Below the pieces are notes generated by a model. The model did not search any database. It was given only the letters and a program-made list of their open reading frames with translations, and was not told the DNA's origin. Position numbers and translations under genes: made by a program. From Candidatus Micrarchaeota archaeon (GTDB taxonomy: Archaea > Micrarchaeota > Micrarchaeia > Norongarragalinales > SBBD01): a stretch of 35,862 bases of DNA. The DNA lies in the NCBI GenBank assembly GCA_038046605.1, contig JBBSVW010000010.1, positions 1 to 35,862 of the forward strand. The letters are read 5' to 3'. Shown piece by piece: positions 10,078 through 19,362 of the stretch (its first letter is position 1; each line of letters starts with the position of its first letter).

Positions 10078-10279
10078 CGATTCAATGGTTGTGTCGTTTT
10101 GAGCCTTTCAAAAAGCATCCGTTTCAATTCATCTTTTAAAATATAATTAAAATTAATCAACCCCTTGGAGTTTTGCCAATTTGCCAATCAATTAGTTGTA
10201 TCCCAAAAACGCCTGCGCAACCCTTAAATAATCACATCTGCCCAAAAGATGAACCCATTTTACCTTTTTGGTGATCCGC

Positions 10280-10435
10280 ATGACGGTTGTTGGCGACGAA
10301 CTTGTAAAGAATTGCAGGCACTGCTATAGCAATTTCGGCTATGGAATACGGCTGATCAACGATGGCGGCCATTACAATTGCCCCCACTGCAAGAACAAAT
10401 ACGTTCTCGAGCTCGGATTTACCCGGAAGCTTTGA
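10280..10435 (+). CDS. 51-aa zinc-ribbon microprotein (not in ORF track)
   Basis: MTVVGDELVKNCRHCYSNFGYGIRLINDGGHYNCPHCKNKYVLELGFTRKL; two CxxC motifs, ggtgat RBS at 10270, T-run after stop. Confidence 0.85.
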   Translation: MTVVGDELVKNCRHCYSNFGYGIRLINDGGHYNCPHCKNKYVLELGFTRKL

Positions 10436-10609
10436 TTTTTTTCCAAAAGCCTTTTTTTCCCCTTTTTTATACCTATTTCTTCTAATCTATACTGGGAATC
10501 AAGTGGAATGCATATGGTTTGAAAAACCGTTGGTTTATTTCCCCAAATGGCATCCCCATAATCCCATTCATTCAATAGTTCCAATTTTTTTTGTCGTTTT
10601 GTGATTGAT

Positions 10610-11155
10610 ATGGCCGAAGTAAAAAAGGACGATTACACCGAAAAGGAAATTGCGCAGCTATTTGAAAAAGCCGGCAGGATGGGCGCAATCCTTGCACTTT
10701 TACATTTTGATTCCTATGGCAAGGACAAGGAGAATGTGCGCGCTTCCCTAGTTGACCTTGTTTCCCGGATAAACGCCGAAAAGGGTGTCATCTACTGCCG
10801 GGGCGAAATTGAGGAAGTCATTGAAACGGAAGGCGAGAAGGACAAGGGCTTTACCACCTACACGGAGGTGAAAGTGCTCTTTTCGAGCTTTGATATTGCA
10901 ATAGGCACCTGCCTAAAATTCGGTCCCATTGCAATTGAAGTGATCGAGCCAAATGAACTTAGGATGAACCAGGAGATGATGCAAAATACCCTCCTAAATG
11001 CCTCCAGTATCTCCCAGCAGTTCACCAACTATTTCATGACTAAACTCCTGAAAAAGGAGGATTTGGAGGAATTCCAGGCAAATCTCCAAAAGCGTGTTGA
11101 CAAGGGAAAGGAACTGATGGGAACTTCCAAGGAGAAGCCGAAAGCTGAAGGATAA
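10610..11155 (+). CDS. Conserved archaeal hypothetical protein
   Basis: Long ORF with native-looking codon usage; C-terminal GPIAIEVIEP motif; no function recognised. Confidence 0.75.
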   Translation: MAEVKKDDYTEKEIAQLFEKAGRMGAILALLHFDSYGKDKENVRASLVDLVSRINAEKGVIYCRGEIEEVIETEGEKDKGFTTYTEVKVLFSSFDIAIGTCLKFGPIAIEVIEPNELRMNQEMMQNTLLNASSISQQFTNYFMTKLLKKEDLEEFQANLQKRVDKGKELMGTSKEKPKAEG

Positions 11156-11207
11156 ACGGATGCCAAAAGCTAGGCTGTCCAAGCCGGAAAAAGTCAGGCC
11201 GCCCGTA

Positions 11208-11429
11208 AGCTTTGCACCTAAACTCTTATTTTTAGACCACTTTAAGTGCAGGATTTTCACTTTGGGTGCAAATCAGGCTTAATTCCCAACTCATGCATTT
11301 TCTGAATAAAAACTGTAATATTGTAAGCGATTATTACCGCGCAAAATCATAATTGCTGCATTCATAGCCTTATTTTTCCTCTAAGCACATACCGCGCAAA
11401 AGCAGGTTTCCGGCTTTAAGTGCAAATCT
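11208..11429 (-). mobile_element. 222-bp MITE with DDE transposase C-terminal remnant
   Basis: TIRs agctttgcacctaaa / tttaagtgcaaatct; minus strand reads IAYNITVFIQKMHELGIKPDLHPK*; flanks ccgcccgta and ccttcccta match 6/9. Confidence 0.75.
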
Positions 11430-11530
11430 CCTTCCCTAAAAAAGAATAACTAGGGCCTAAAACAACCCGAAATCACCTTCGAAAAGGAATAAATACTACT
11501 TCCTCCCATTTATCTTCCCTTAAAACCCAC

Positions 11531-12217
11531 TTGATTGATATTATGCAGCAGCTCGAACTATCCGAATTCGTAAAGGAGCCCTCCTGGAGGGAATTGCTAC
11601 TTGAGTCCATTGCAAACGAGCAGATGAACCCCTGGGAAATCGACCTAGTGAAGGTTGCCGATGCCTATTTGCAAAAGGTAAAAGAGCTCCAATCAATGGA
11701 CCTTCGCATCCCTGCAAATGTCATACTTGCCTTAGCCCTCCTCCTCAATTACAAGGCGCAGGCGCTTCAATTGGAAGAACCCGAGCCAGAACCGGATCCA
11801 TTTGTCCGCCCCTTTGAAAACGAGGCAATTCCGGATTTGGTATTCAATCCAAATCTGCCACGCTCACGCACAATCACGCTAAACGAACTAATTGAAGCCG
11901 TGGAGGAAGTCATGCACTACGAGAAGCGCGAGCTGATCCCAAGGGCAAAGGCAGATCCGCTCCACATCGAGCTTCCAAAGGAGAACTTAAATGAGCGGAT
12001 GGTTGCGGTGCATTCCCGCGCCCTCAAAATGAAGGATAGCGAAAACATGGTGCTTTTTTCGGAACTGGTAAAATCCTTCAACGGACATGGCGAAGGGAAG
12101 GCGGAGCTTTACGCATTGCACCTGCCGCCGGTCCTCCACCTGATTCAGGAAGAAAAGATGTTCGCCTGGCAGGACCGCACTTTTGGGGAGATATTCCTTA
12201 AGGTTTTGCAGAACTGA
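11531..12217 (+). CDS. scpA: Segregation and condensation protein A (kleisin)
   Basis: MNPWEIDL, LLNYKA, RTITLNELIEA, WQDRTFGEIFL; start may be ATG 11543. Confidence 0.9.
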   Translation: MIDIMQQLELSEFVKEPSWRELLLESIANEQMNPWEIDLVKVADAYLQKVKELQSMDLRIPANVILALALLLNYKAQALQLEEPEPEPDPFVRPFENEAIPDLVFNPNLPRSRTITLNELIEAVEEVMHYEKRELIPRAKADPLHIELPKENLNERMVAVHSRALKMKDSENMVLFSELVKSFNGHGEGKAELYALHLPPVLHLIQEEKMFAWQDRTFGEIFLKVLQN

Positions 12218-12287
12218 CCTTTCTGCTGGTTTCAGCAATAAACCGCCTGTTTCTTAAACCGGATTTCGAATATTCCTACGAGCCAAT

Positions 12288-12725
12288 ATGGTTACCAAAA
12301 AGGAAGCGCTCCTGACGCTTCGGGCGAAATTGCTCTTAGCAATAGCCAATCATCCAGACCTGAAATACCATCTTGTTTCCGCCGAATTGAAAGGAGGTCT
12401 AATTTCGGAAAGGCGGCTTCACTTGATACTTAGCGCCCAATCTCCCAATGTCAACTATCCCGAGAAGTTTGATCCGGATTGGAGGAAAAAGCTTGACTCA
12501 TGGGTTGCCAGGCAGCTAGGCGTGCGCATGAAAATCGAAGAATCCCCTAAAAACGAAAAGCCAATGGAGGATCATCTGAGGGCTGTTTTGCATACTGTCT
12601 CCAGCCACATTAATTGGGAAGGGGAACGGCTTCCAGTTGGAATGCGCGAACTCCCCAAGGTTAATGGTTTTGGAGGGAGCACCTATAGGCAGTTCGAAAT
12701 TGTGGCTAAATTCCCAAGGCATTAG
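12288..12725 (+). CDS. Hypothetical protein
   Basis: 145-aa ORF, no recognised motif. Confidence 0.6.
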   Translation: MVTKKEALLTLRAKLLLAIANHPDLKYHLVSAELKGGLISERRLHLILSAQSPNVNYPEKFDPDWRKKLDSWVARQLGVRMKIEESPKNEKPMEDHLRAVLHTVSSHINWEGERLPVGMRELPKVNGFGGSTYRQFEIVAKFPRH

Positions 12726-12793
12726 TGCCAAAGCGTACCTGATTTTGAGTTAAGTTTCTCCCTAATTCCAACCAAACAACACCTATGGGGGGG

Positions 12794-12917
12794 ATATGTG
12801 CTAGAATCCCTAAGATTCTAGGCATGCCCAGAATTTCCAATTCTGGAGCATCCGCCCCACTCGTGCCACGCAGACTTTGGGTCTGCTGAGCCGAAAAGCC
12901 TAACGTTTTTCGGTTGC
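12794..12917. repeat. Two consecutive twin-hairpin modules
   Basis: Stems tagaatc/gattcta, ccagaatt/aattctgg, gcagac/gtctgc, ccgaaaa/ttttcgg; first module homologous to 19686-19745. Confidence 0.75.
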
Positions 12918-12994
12918 CTCTCCCCTCCTTAATTGGCAAGTTATTTAAATGCCTCTTAGTTAATGCTTCCGTTCGCAATTATTAGGTGATTTAT

Positions 12995-13246
12995 ATGAAA
13001 ATCAAGGAAGAAGTTCTAAAGACAATCGAGCTGCTAAAGAAAGCAGGCTTCAATCCGGTGGACGCCGTCTTTGAAGGAGCAGTAGGCGTCAAGGAGGACA
13101 CAACGCTTGCGTTCATGGATAAGCTAAACGACAACCAGATGGTTTCGGGGGTCATCCGCGTTATCTACACAATTGATGATGAGAGCGTTCGGTTCGTTGA
13201 AATCCCAGTTGGCCAGTTGCCTGAAGCAGATGGCGCAAAGAAGTAA
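12995..13246 (+). CDS. Small hypothetical protein
   Basis: aggtga RBS before ATG 12995; tttaaat box upstream; T-run downstream. Confidence 0.75.
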   Translation: MKIKEEVLKTIELLKKAGFNPVDAVFEGAVGVKEDTTLAFMDKLNDNQMVSGVIRVIYTIDDESVRFVEIPVGQLPEADGAKK

Positions 13247-13373
13247 CCTCCAATTCGCTCCCCTTTCTTTTTTCAATCACTAGCTGCGCAAATATGTGAA
13301 TTTCTTCTTGCGCGTTTTGAATCTTTAGATCGATTAGGTGTGCAAACAGCTTGTCAATCCTTCTGGTATGCAT

Positions 13374-13466
13374 TATAGCGAATAAGGCAATTATTGGAAC
13401 TTTTGTTGCCTTATTCTCATATAGCGGTTTTATTTGATAGTTCCATTATTTTACTTAACCGCTATA
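13374..13466. mobile_element. Two tandem ~50-bp palindromic elements with TATAGCG ends (IS630-type mini-MITE-like)
   Basis: gaataaggcaa/ttgccttattc (11 bp) and tatagcggtt/aaccgctata (10 bp) stems sharing the TATA at 13420-13423. Confidence 0.55.
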
Positions 13467-13509
13467 AGTGCTGGTTCTAATCAATCCACCCAAAAATAGT
13501 TGATTTCCT

Positions 13510-15612
13510 TCATCCCCCAATTGCCGATAGGGAGCTACTGGTGAAATAGGCGACAATGCAGAATATGATTATTGCAATCGGCACCGATTTTGCTATCGAG
13601 GTGTAGGTGTGCAATTTGTTGTTGCTATCCTCGATTTGCGAATTGAAATACACGAGCATTGTCACAATCTCAATTAGGTAAATCCCCATGATTATGAGGA
13701 ACTGCCCCGGTGTTGCCGATGATTGGGAAATATCAGTTGAGCTGAAAAGCGAACCTATTGCGCCTGCGCTAAAGCCCGGCGTTTCCACTTCGGCCCCCCC
13801 GCCACTTCCCCCTAGATTGGATAGGGAGTTGATTATCACCGTCTGTAACGAACTCACAACCGCCAGCACAATTGGCGCAACGAAAATCGCCATGGTATTG
13901 AGCAGGACTGTTATGTCGGAAAGAAGCCTTTTTAGCATCTCGTCAATCTTTTGCGAATTGCGAAGCTGCATGGAAAGCGAAATGAGCGATTTTGCGGCAA
14001 CGTTTACGCCAATTTCCACCGAATCCACCATGATCTGAAGGCCCGACCTTAACGTTTGCGAAGGCAGGTTTTTCATTGCCCCATACGAACTGTCGAATAT
14101 GGCCGCCTCAACAGTCATTCCAAGCATTGTGACATTTTCCAATATGCGCTTGAAAACCCGGTTTGCAACCTTGCTCCTCGGCAGGAATTCAAGCGCCTGC
14201 CGCATGGCCTCTTCCATTGGCCTATTTTCCCCAAGCCTGGAAGCTAGGACATAAATCGCATCCTTGAACTCAACTTCCATTTCCCGGATTTCATCCTGCG
14301 CCTTCTTCCTTCCGCTGTATTTGCCCCAAAGGTAAACGCTCATCCCAACGCCAATCCCGATCAGAAAGCCAAATATTCCAAATATGCGCATTGTCCCAAA
14401 TGGCAATTCGATAAATGGCGTTGCCTTTATGTCCTCCTTGAGATACGCCGGAAGGGCGGCTTCCTGCAAATAATCCCCAAGCAGCCCAAGCGATAGGCAT
14501 AGCGCGAATAAGAACAAGGCAATTATGACATATGGGAGCTGCACTCCCCCGATATCCATGAGGCCCTTTTTTGGGACGCCCGGGAAATTCTCCGGAATGT
14601 CCGGGGGGATGTATGTTGGAGGCCTTCCGCTAAGGATGCTTTTCCCATAGATGTAAACCCCTGCCGGCAGCATTATGCAGTAGAGTATGAACACATATTC
14701 CGCCTTTGCAAATTGCGCATCCTTGACAAATGCCGCCCCAATGGGCAGGATGATTGCAAGCATCAGCGGAAGAAGAATTCCAAAGTAATAGAGGAAAACC
14801 GTTGGCTGATGAAGCCCTCTTGCATAAATATCCATCTTTTCCTTGCTCCCCTCCAGCACATCGGATACCGCCTTTTCAAGGTAGGCTTCGCGCCTAAGTT
14901 TATCCGCCTCCAGGACGGATGCCCTAATTGTCATAAGCGCCTGCTTGAAATCATCGCTATACGGGCCCCAGCGGTATGCCAAATCATCAAGCGCCTCTTC
15001 CACGCTTGAAAATTTGCCCAGCTGGACAAGCCAGATTATTTTTTTCAGCTCCTCGGCAATTTTCCCCCTTCCATGCGATGCCGCAAACTCAACTGCTTTT
15101 TCCAAATTGGGGTTTAGCCGCATGCTCATTATGATGTAATTTACTATTTCGGGAACGTAGGCTAGGGCCATTAGCTTTTCCTTATCCGCTGCCATTTTTG
15201 GGTATTTCTGGAAATAGTACGCAAGGCCCAAGGGTGCAACGAATAAAAGCAGGGCTCCAAGAAGTGCATTGTATGTCCCAAGCGATTCCCCAAACAGGAA
15301 ATAAAGCGATCCCCCAAGCACTGCGCCAATAGCTGCGGCAACCATGAATGCCCCGCGGGATGCCCCATAGTATTCCTCCGCGCTTATCCCGATATCCAGG
15401 AATCCGAATATTTCCAATTGTTCGGGGGTGAATTTTTGCCCCTTCCCATAGGTTGCAAACATTTTCCCAAGCGAGTGCGTAATGCCCTTGTAGGTCTTGT
15501 ATTGGTCGACTACTTTTTCAACAATTGCCGCCTCATCCGGCTTATAGAGGCTTCCAACTGTTGCTATGCCCATTTGCTCCGGCTTTTTTTTGGGCTCCCG
15601 TTTTGGCGGCAT
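13510..15612 (-). CDS. Type II secretion F / TadC-like pilus assembly membrane protein
   Basis: 700 aa; two cytoplasmic domains (NPNLEKAVEFAA; LASRLGENRPMEEA) each followed by TM bundles. Confidence 0.8.
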   Translation of the reverse strand: MPPKREPKKKPEQMGIATVGSLYKPDEAAIVEKVVDQYKTYKGITHSLGKMFATYGKGQKFTPEQLEIFGFLDIGISAEEYYGASRGAFMVAAAIGAVLGGSLYFLFGESLGTYNALLGALLLFVAPLGLAYYFQKYPKMAADKEKLMALAYVPEIVNYIIMSMRLNPNLEKAVEFAASHGRGKIAEELKKIIWLVQLGKFSSVEEALDDLAYRWGPYSDDFKQALMTIRASVLEADKLRREAYLEKAVSDVLEGSKEKMDIYARGLHQPTVFLYYFGILLPLMLAIILPIGAAFVKDAQFAKAEYVFILYCIMLPAGVYIYGKSILSGRPPTYIPPDIPENFPGVPKKGLMDIGGVQLPYVIIALFLFALCLSLGLLGDYLQEAALPAYLKEDIKATPFIELPFGTMRIFGIFGFLIGIGVGMSVYLWGKYSGRKKAQDEIREMEVEFKDAIYVLASRLGENRPMEEAMRQALEFLPRSKVANRVFKRILENVTMLGMTVEAAIFDSSYGAMKNLPSQTLRSGLQIMVDSVEIGVNVAAKSLISLSMQLRNSQKIDEMLKRLLSDITVLLNTMAIFVAPIVLAVVSSLQTVIINSLSNLGGSGGGAEVETPGFSAGAIGSLFSSTDISQSSATPGQFLIIMGIYLIEIVTMLVYFNSQIEDSNNKLHTYTSIAKSVPIAIIIFCIVAYFTSSSLSAIGG

Positions 15613-15650
15613 GAAAACATTACATTCCGGGTCTTTATATATTTACATTT

Positions 15651-15706
15651 GACAAACCCAAGGGGGGGCGACCCCCCTTAGTTTTGTCGGATGCCCAAAC
15701 CCCCCC
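15651..15706. repeat. Dispersed hairpin element, 'empty' copy
   Basis: gacaaacccaagggggg-gcga-ccccccttagttttgtc-ggatgcccaaaccccc; arms near-identical to 19670-19778. Confidence 0.8.
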
Positions 15707-15822
15707 TCTAAAGCAGCATCGTTGTCTCCACTTTTCGCATTAAAAAACGCCCCAACCGCTTGGTTTTTTATACCAAGGAGTGTTCAAAATACATTCTAAC
15801 TTCATTTCGGGGCTGGATTCTT

Positions 15823-16593
15823 ATGATGGCTGGAAAAGTCGAGAAATATTACCGTGACAAGGTCGAAAAGGAAGGCGGGCTCATATTTTCCCTCATTGAC
15901 CCGGACAAGAGCTACCTTGAGCGTGGGGCTGCAATTGCAAAACTCTCCTATGAGGAGGGCGTGGATGCCATCCTGATTGGGGGATCGGTTGGAGCGCAAG
16001 GCGCGCACCTTGACGAGACGGTGAAAATGATAAAAGAGGAGGTCAGCGTTCCGGTTGTGCTCTTCCCCGGCAACATTTCGGGCTTAACTGATTATGCGGA
16101 CGCCCTATATTTCATGCACATGCTAAACAGCAGGGATGTGTATTGGCTTTCAACTGCACAGATCCAGGCGGCTCCTGTTGTTTATCGCATGCATATAGAG
16201 CCAATTCCCACTTCCTACATTGTGCTTGAGCCGGGCAGGACCGTTGGCTGGATAGGAAATGCCAACCTTGTTCCCCGCGATAGGCCCGATTTGGCATTTT
16301 CATGCGCTCTTGCCGCCAAGTATTCGGGTTCCCATGTTGTGATAACCGATTCCGGCTCCGGCGCCCCCGAACCCGCCCCCATGGAAATGATTGCAGCCGT
16401 TGCCAAGGCATGCGCCAAGGATTTGCTTTATTTCTATGCCGGAGGTATCCGGACTCCAGAGCAGGCATCCGGAATCATTTCATCCGGCGCAGATGGCATC
16501 CAGATTGGGACCGCCTTCGAGGAAGGGGACATCAGGAAGAAAATCCGGGATATGGTAAAAGCGGTAAAGGATGCGGGGAAGAAGAAGGTCTAG
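15823..16593 (+). CDS. Geranylgeranylglyceryl phosphate synthase
   Basis: LIDPDK, ILIGGS, VLFPG, LNSRD, DSGSGA, AGGIR, IGTAFE. Confidence 0.92.
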   Translation: MMAGKVEKYYRDKVEKEGGLIFSLIDPDKSYLERGAAIAKLSYEEGVDAILIGGSVGAQGAHLDETVKMIKEEVSVPVVLFPGNISGLTDYADALYFMHMLNSRDVYWLSTAQIQAAPVVYRMHIEPIPTSYIVLEPGRTVGWIGNANLVPRDRPDLAFSCALAAKYSGSHVVITDSGSGAPEPAPMEMIAAVAKACAKDLLYFYAGGIRTPEQASGIISSGADGIQIGTAFEEGDIRKKIRDMVKAVKDAGKKKV

Positions 16594-16650
16594 TTATTTT
16601 TTATCGTTTATTTTAGTTAGTGGATCCCTGAACCCTATTTTTCAAAGCCC

Positions 16651-17535
16651 CTATTTATTTTTTTCCGCTGCAAGCGCCGCCCCAATCGCTGTGCAATATT
16701 TCGCATCCGCAGGGAATATCGCCCTTATCCCAAACAATTTGGTGGCGGAAGCGATTTTTCCCCCAATCAGTTTGTTTTCATCTACAACCCTTCCGGTGAA
16801 TACGATCTCCTTTAGCCCGCAGCTTTTTGCCGCCAAGGCCCCCATTACTCCTATCGTTTCACCAACCATTCCAATTATGCTAAGGGCAATATCCTCATTG
16901 CTTGTTTTCCCATTTGCGCTAATTTTTCCAAAATTGCTTGCCGTTGTGGCAGCCGGGAGTTTTCCAAGGCCCCCACCCAAAAGATCCCCAATTGTTAAAT
17001 CAAGCGAATTTTTCCCCTTCAGCGCCATCCCCTCCATTTCGGATATGCTTGCGCCGATCAGAATTTTTCCAAGCCCTTCAAGCGTTCCCCCGCCAATTCC
17101 GGTTCCGGCAATATGTGAATGCTTTTTCCCATCGACAAAAACAAATGGTGTTCCTGTCCCTAAATTCGCGCAAATGAACCTGGTTTTTCCTGTAAGAAAC
17201 CCTGCGCCCAATGCAATGGCGGCAATTTCCCCAACCTGCGTTGCCTTGAATTTCCTCCTCATATCGGAAAGGATCGGGTTGCGCTTTGAAACGATCCCGA
17301 TATGCGTTTTTGATCGGATTTTAGCAATCCCCAAATTCGATTTTGCCCTGATGCCTGTTATTCCGACCTTTCCCATCCTTCCAATTGGTTTGCCTTGCTC
17401 CATTTCGCTTTTCAGAATGTTCGAAAGGAATTCGTGCGAATAATACTTCTGCGGCACCGAATAGGTGCGGGCGAGATTGCCCCTCTCAATTACGGCTACA
17501 TCAACGTAAGATGCGCCAAAATCCACGCCTATCAT
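16651..17535 (-). CDS. coaW: Type II (Fumble/CoaW-like) pantothenate kinase
   Basis: GVDFG, NLGTGT, GTGIGGGT, LDLTIGD, TASNFGK, AIGA. Confidence 0.85.
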   Translation of the reverse strand: MIGVDFGASYVDVAVIERGNLARTYSVPQKYYSHEFLSNILKSEMEQGKPIGRMGKVGITGIRAKSNLGIAKIRSKTHIGIVSKRNPILSDMRRKFKATQVGEIAAIALGAGFLTGKTRFICANLGTGTPFVFVDGKKHSHIAGTGIGGGTLEGLGKILIGASISEMEGMALKGKNSLDLTIGDLLGGGLGKLPAATTASNFGKISANGKTSNEDIALSIIGMVGETIGVMGALAAKSCGLKEIVFTGRVVDENKLIGGKIASATKLFGIRAIFPADAKYCTAIGAALAAEKNK

Positions 17536-17596
17536 ATTTACTCGAAATAACCAGGGAACAGCCGTATTTTAATTGGGGTGGGGATTTCATTTTAAC

Positions 17597-17716
17597 ATGG
17601 CAAGGAAAGCAACCGGCAAGAAAAGCGCCTTTAAGGTCAATCTTAGCCCCATAGCGGAAAAATCTATTTCGGATAAGCAGCGGGAATTAATTAGGAAATT
17701 GAAAAAATCCAAATAG
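17597..17716 (+). CDS. 39-aa basic microprotein (not in ORF track)
   Basis: MARKATGKKSAFKVNLSPIAEKSISDKQRELIRKLKKSK; ggggtggga upstream; fills the intergenic gap. Confidence 0.55.
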   Translation: MARKATGKKSAFKVNLSPIAEKSISDKQRELIRKLKKSK

Positions 17717-17763
17717 CTGCATTGAAAATCGCCAATCCTTCAAATGAAAGCAGATTGTACTTT

Positions 17764-19362
17764 CTAATTGAAAAGGATTCCCGCAAATCCAATTAGCGCA
17801 AATGCAACGCCCGCAAGCCCTTCGCCTGCAATTGCGCCAGCAGCAATTAGCCTTCCTTTTTCGGTGCGCTTGGTCCTATCAAAATAAAGCCGAATCAATC
17901 CGCCAATGAAGAGCGGGAGCGAAAGCTCAATAGGCACGTACATTCCAATCCCGAATGCAATTGCAATCATCCCAAGTTTTGGCTTGAGGAACCAAATTAT
18001 TGCAGTTAGGCCCCCCCCAATCAGCATTCCGTATTCGAGCATGGATTCGAGCCCCTGCCCCGAAACAAGCTCCTTGATTGCAACAGCCTGCGGTGCTGGG
18101 AAATCGAGTGTCCCAATCCCGTACGTTGCTTGAATCGATAGCACAATTGCGCCAATGGCTAGTGAAGCTGCTGCCATCCCAACCACCTGCGCAATTATCT
18201 GGTGCTCCAATTTCGTCCCAAGCAAAAAGCCCGCCTTCAAATCCTGCATCATGTCCCCCGCCATCCCAGCTGCAATCGTTACCACGCAGGCAAGCACTAT
18301 GAGCGGGAGCGCCTCAAATCCTAAAAACATCTTTGCAATAATCATTATCAGCATCGCAAAAATTTCCATGGGGTCAACGTTCATTTCCGCCGTTGCCCTA
18401 GCCCCAATGTATGCCATTGCAAATGCGCCAACAATTGCGAGCACCGAAAGCGCAAGCGAAAACCCAAAAGCAATTGAAAGCACTCCTGCGCAAACAATAA
18501 GTGCAATTCCCGACATTCTCCCCGTCCGTGCAGATCCCCAATCGTCAATTAGCCTTCCCATCATCGGAAGCCCTTTTTGGAGGAAATACACAATTGCCGC
18601 CCCCAAAACTATCCCAACCCCAAGGGGCCTGGCTATTGCGCTTACCACTTCGCCCTTCAAAGCGAACATCCCGCCAGTGATTGCGTATGGGATGATCACA
18701 AAATATGTGAAAATTGCGCCCAAAAACCATGCCGTTGTGAATCTTGGCCCAATCAAATATCCCCCTGCAAGGGGAATTAGTGAAAATGAACTTCCAACGG
18801 AAAATATTTTTCCGGCTGAAATTTTAAGCGATTCGAGATTTGCATACGATGGGATCGCATGCGCGTAGTCCCGTGCAATTGAAAATATTGCGCCAAGCCC
18901 AAAGGAGTACATCAATGTTGTTGCTTTTTTCCCTCCCGCATCGCCCGCCTCAATTACCGCGGCAGCCGCCGCCCCGTCTGCGCAGGGCAATTTTTCCCTC
19001 TCGATTAGCTGCTTTCTAAGCGGGTAGGAAAAAATTATCCCAAGAATACCGCCAACAAGGGAAATGATGAGGATTTGCATATATGAAATGGAAATCCCTA
19101 GCATGAGCGCCGCCGGGATGGTGAAGATTATGCCCGCTGCGAGGAGCCCCCCCGAGCTTCCTGCCGTTTGCATTATGCTGACCTCCTGCTTGCTTGTTTT
19201 TCCAAGCGACAGGAGGAAGAATAGCGAAACCAGGGAGGTTGTGACAATTGGCCAGTACACTCCGCCAACCTTCAGGCCGGCAAATGCACTATAGGATGCG
19301 ACAATGATGCTTAGGGTTGCGCCAAAGAAAAGCGCGCGAAAGCTTAACGGTGAACTTGCCAT
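17764..19362 (-). CDS. OPT-family oligopeptide transporter
   Basis: AGLKVG, QTAGS, PLRKQLIE, AGDMMQDLKAG, PAPQA, G.IAGEGL. Confidence 0.92.
   Translation of the reverse strand: MASSPLSFRALFFGATLSIIVASYSAFAGLKVGGVYWPIVTTSLVSLFFLLSLGKTSKQEVSIMQTAGSSGGLLAAGIIFTIPAALMLGISISYMQILIISLVGGILGIIFSYPLRKQLIEREKLPCADGAAAAAVIEAGDAGGKKATTLMYSFGLGAIFSIARDYAHAIPSYANLESLKISAGKIFSVGSSFSLIPLAGGYLIGPRFTTAWFLGAIFTYFVIIPYAITGGMFALKGEVVSAIARPLGVGIVLGAAIVYFLQKGLPMMGRLIDDWGSARTGRMSGIALIVCAGVLSIAFGFSLALSVLAIVGAFAMAYIGARATAEMNVDPMEIFAMLIMIIAKMFLGFEALPLIVLACVVTIAAGMAGDMMQDLKAGFLLGTKLEHQIIAQVVGMAAASLAIGAIVLSIQATYGIGTLDFPAPQAVAIKELVSGQGLESMLEYGMLIGGGLTAIIWFLKPKLGMIAIAFGIGMYVPIELSLPLFIGGLIRLYFDRTKRTEKGRLIAAGAIAGEGLAGVAFALIGFAGILFN

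Noticed and set aside
11531-12217. scpA without an adjacent smc
   Set aside because: Separation of these genes is not remarkable; smc may lie outside the window
13161-13373. 70-aa minus-strand ORF
   Set aside because: Overlaps a better-supported gene and starts at the edge of a palindromic element
16571-18868. Long antisense ORFs 16571-17443 and 18155-18868
   Set aside because: Shadows of coaW and the OPT gene with mirror-image composition
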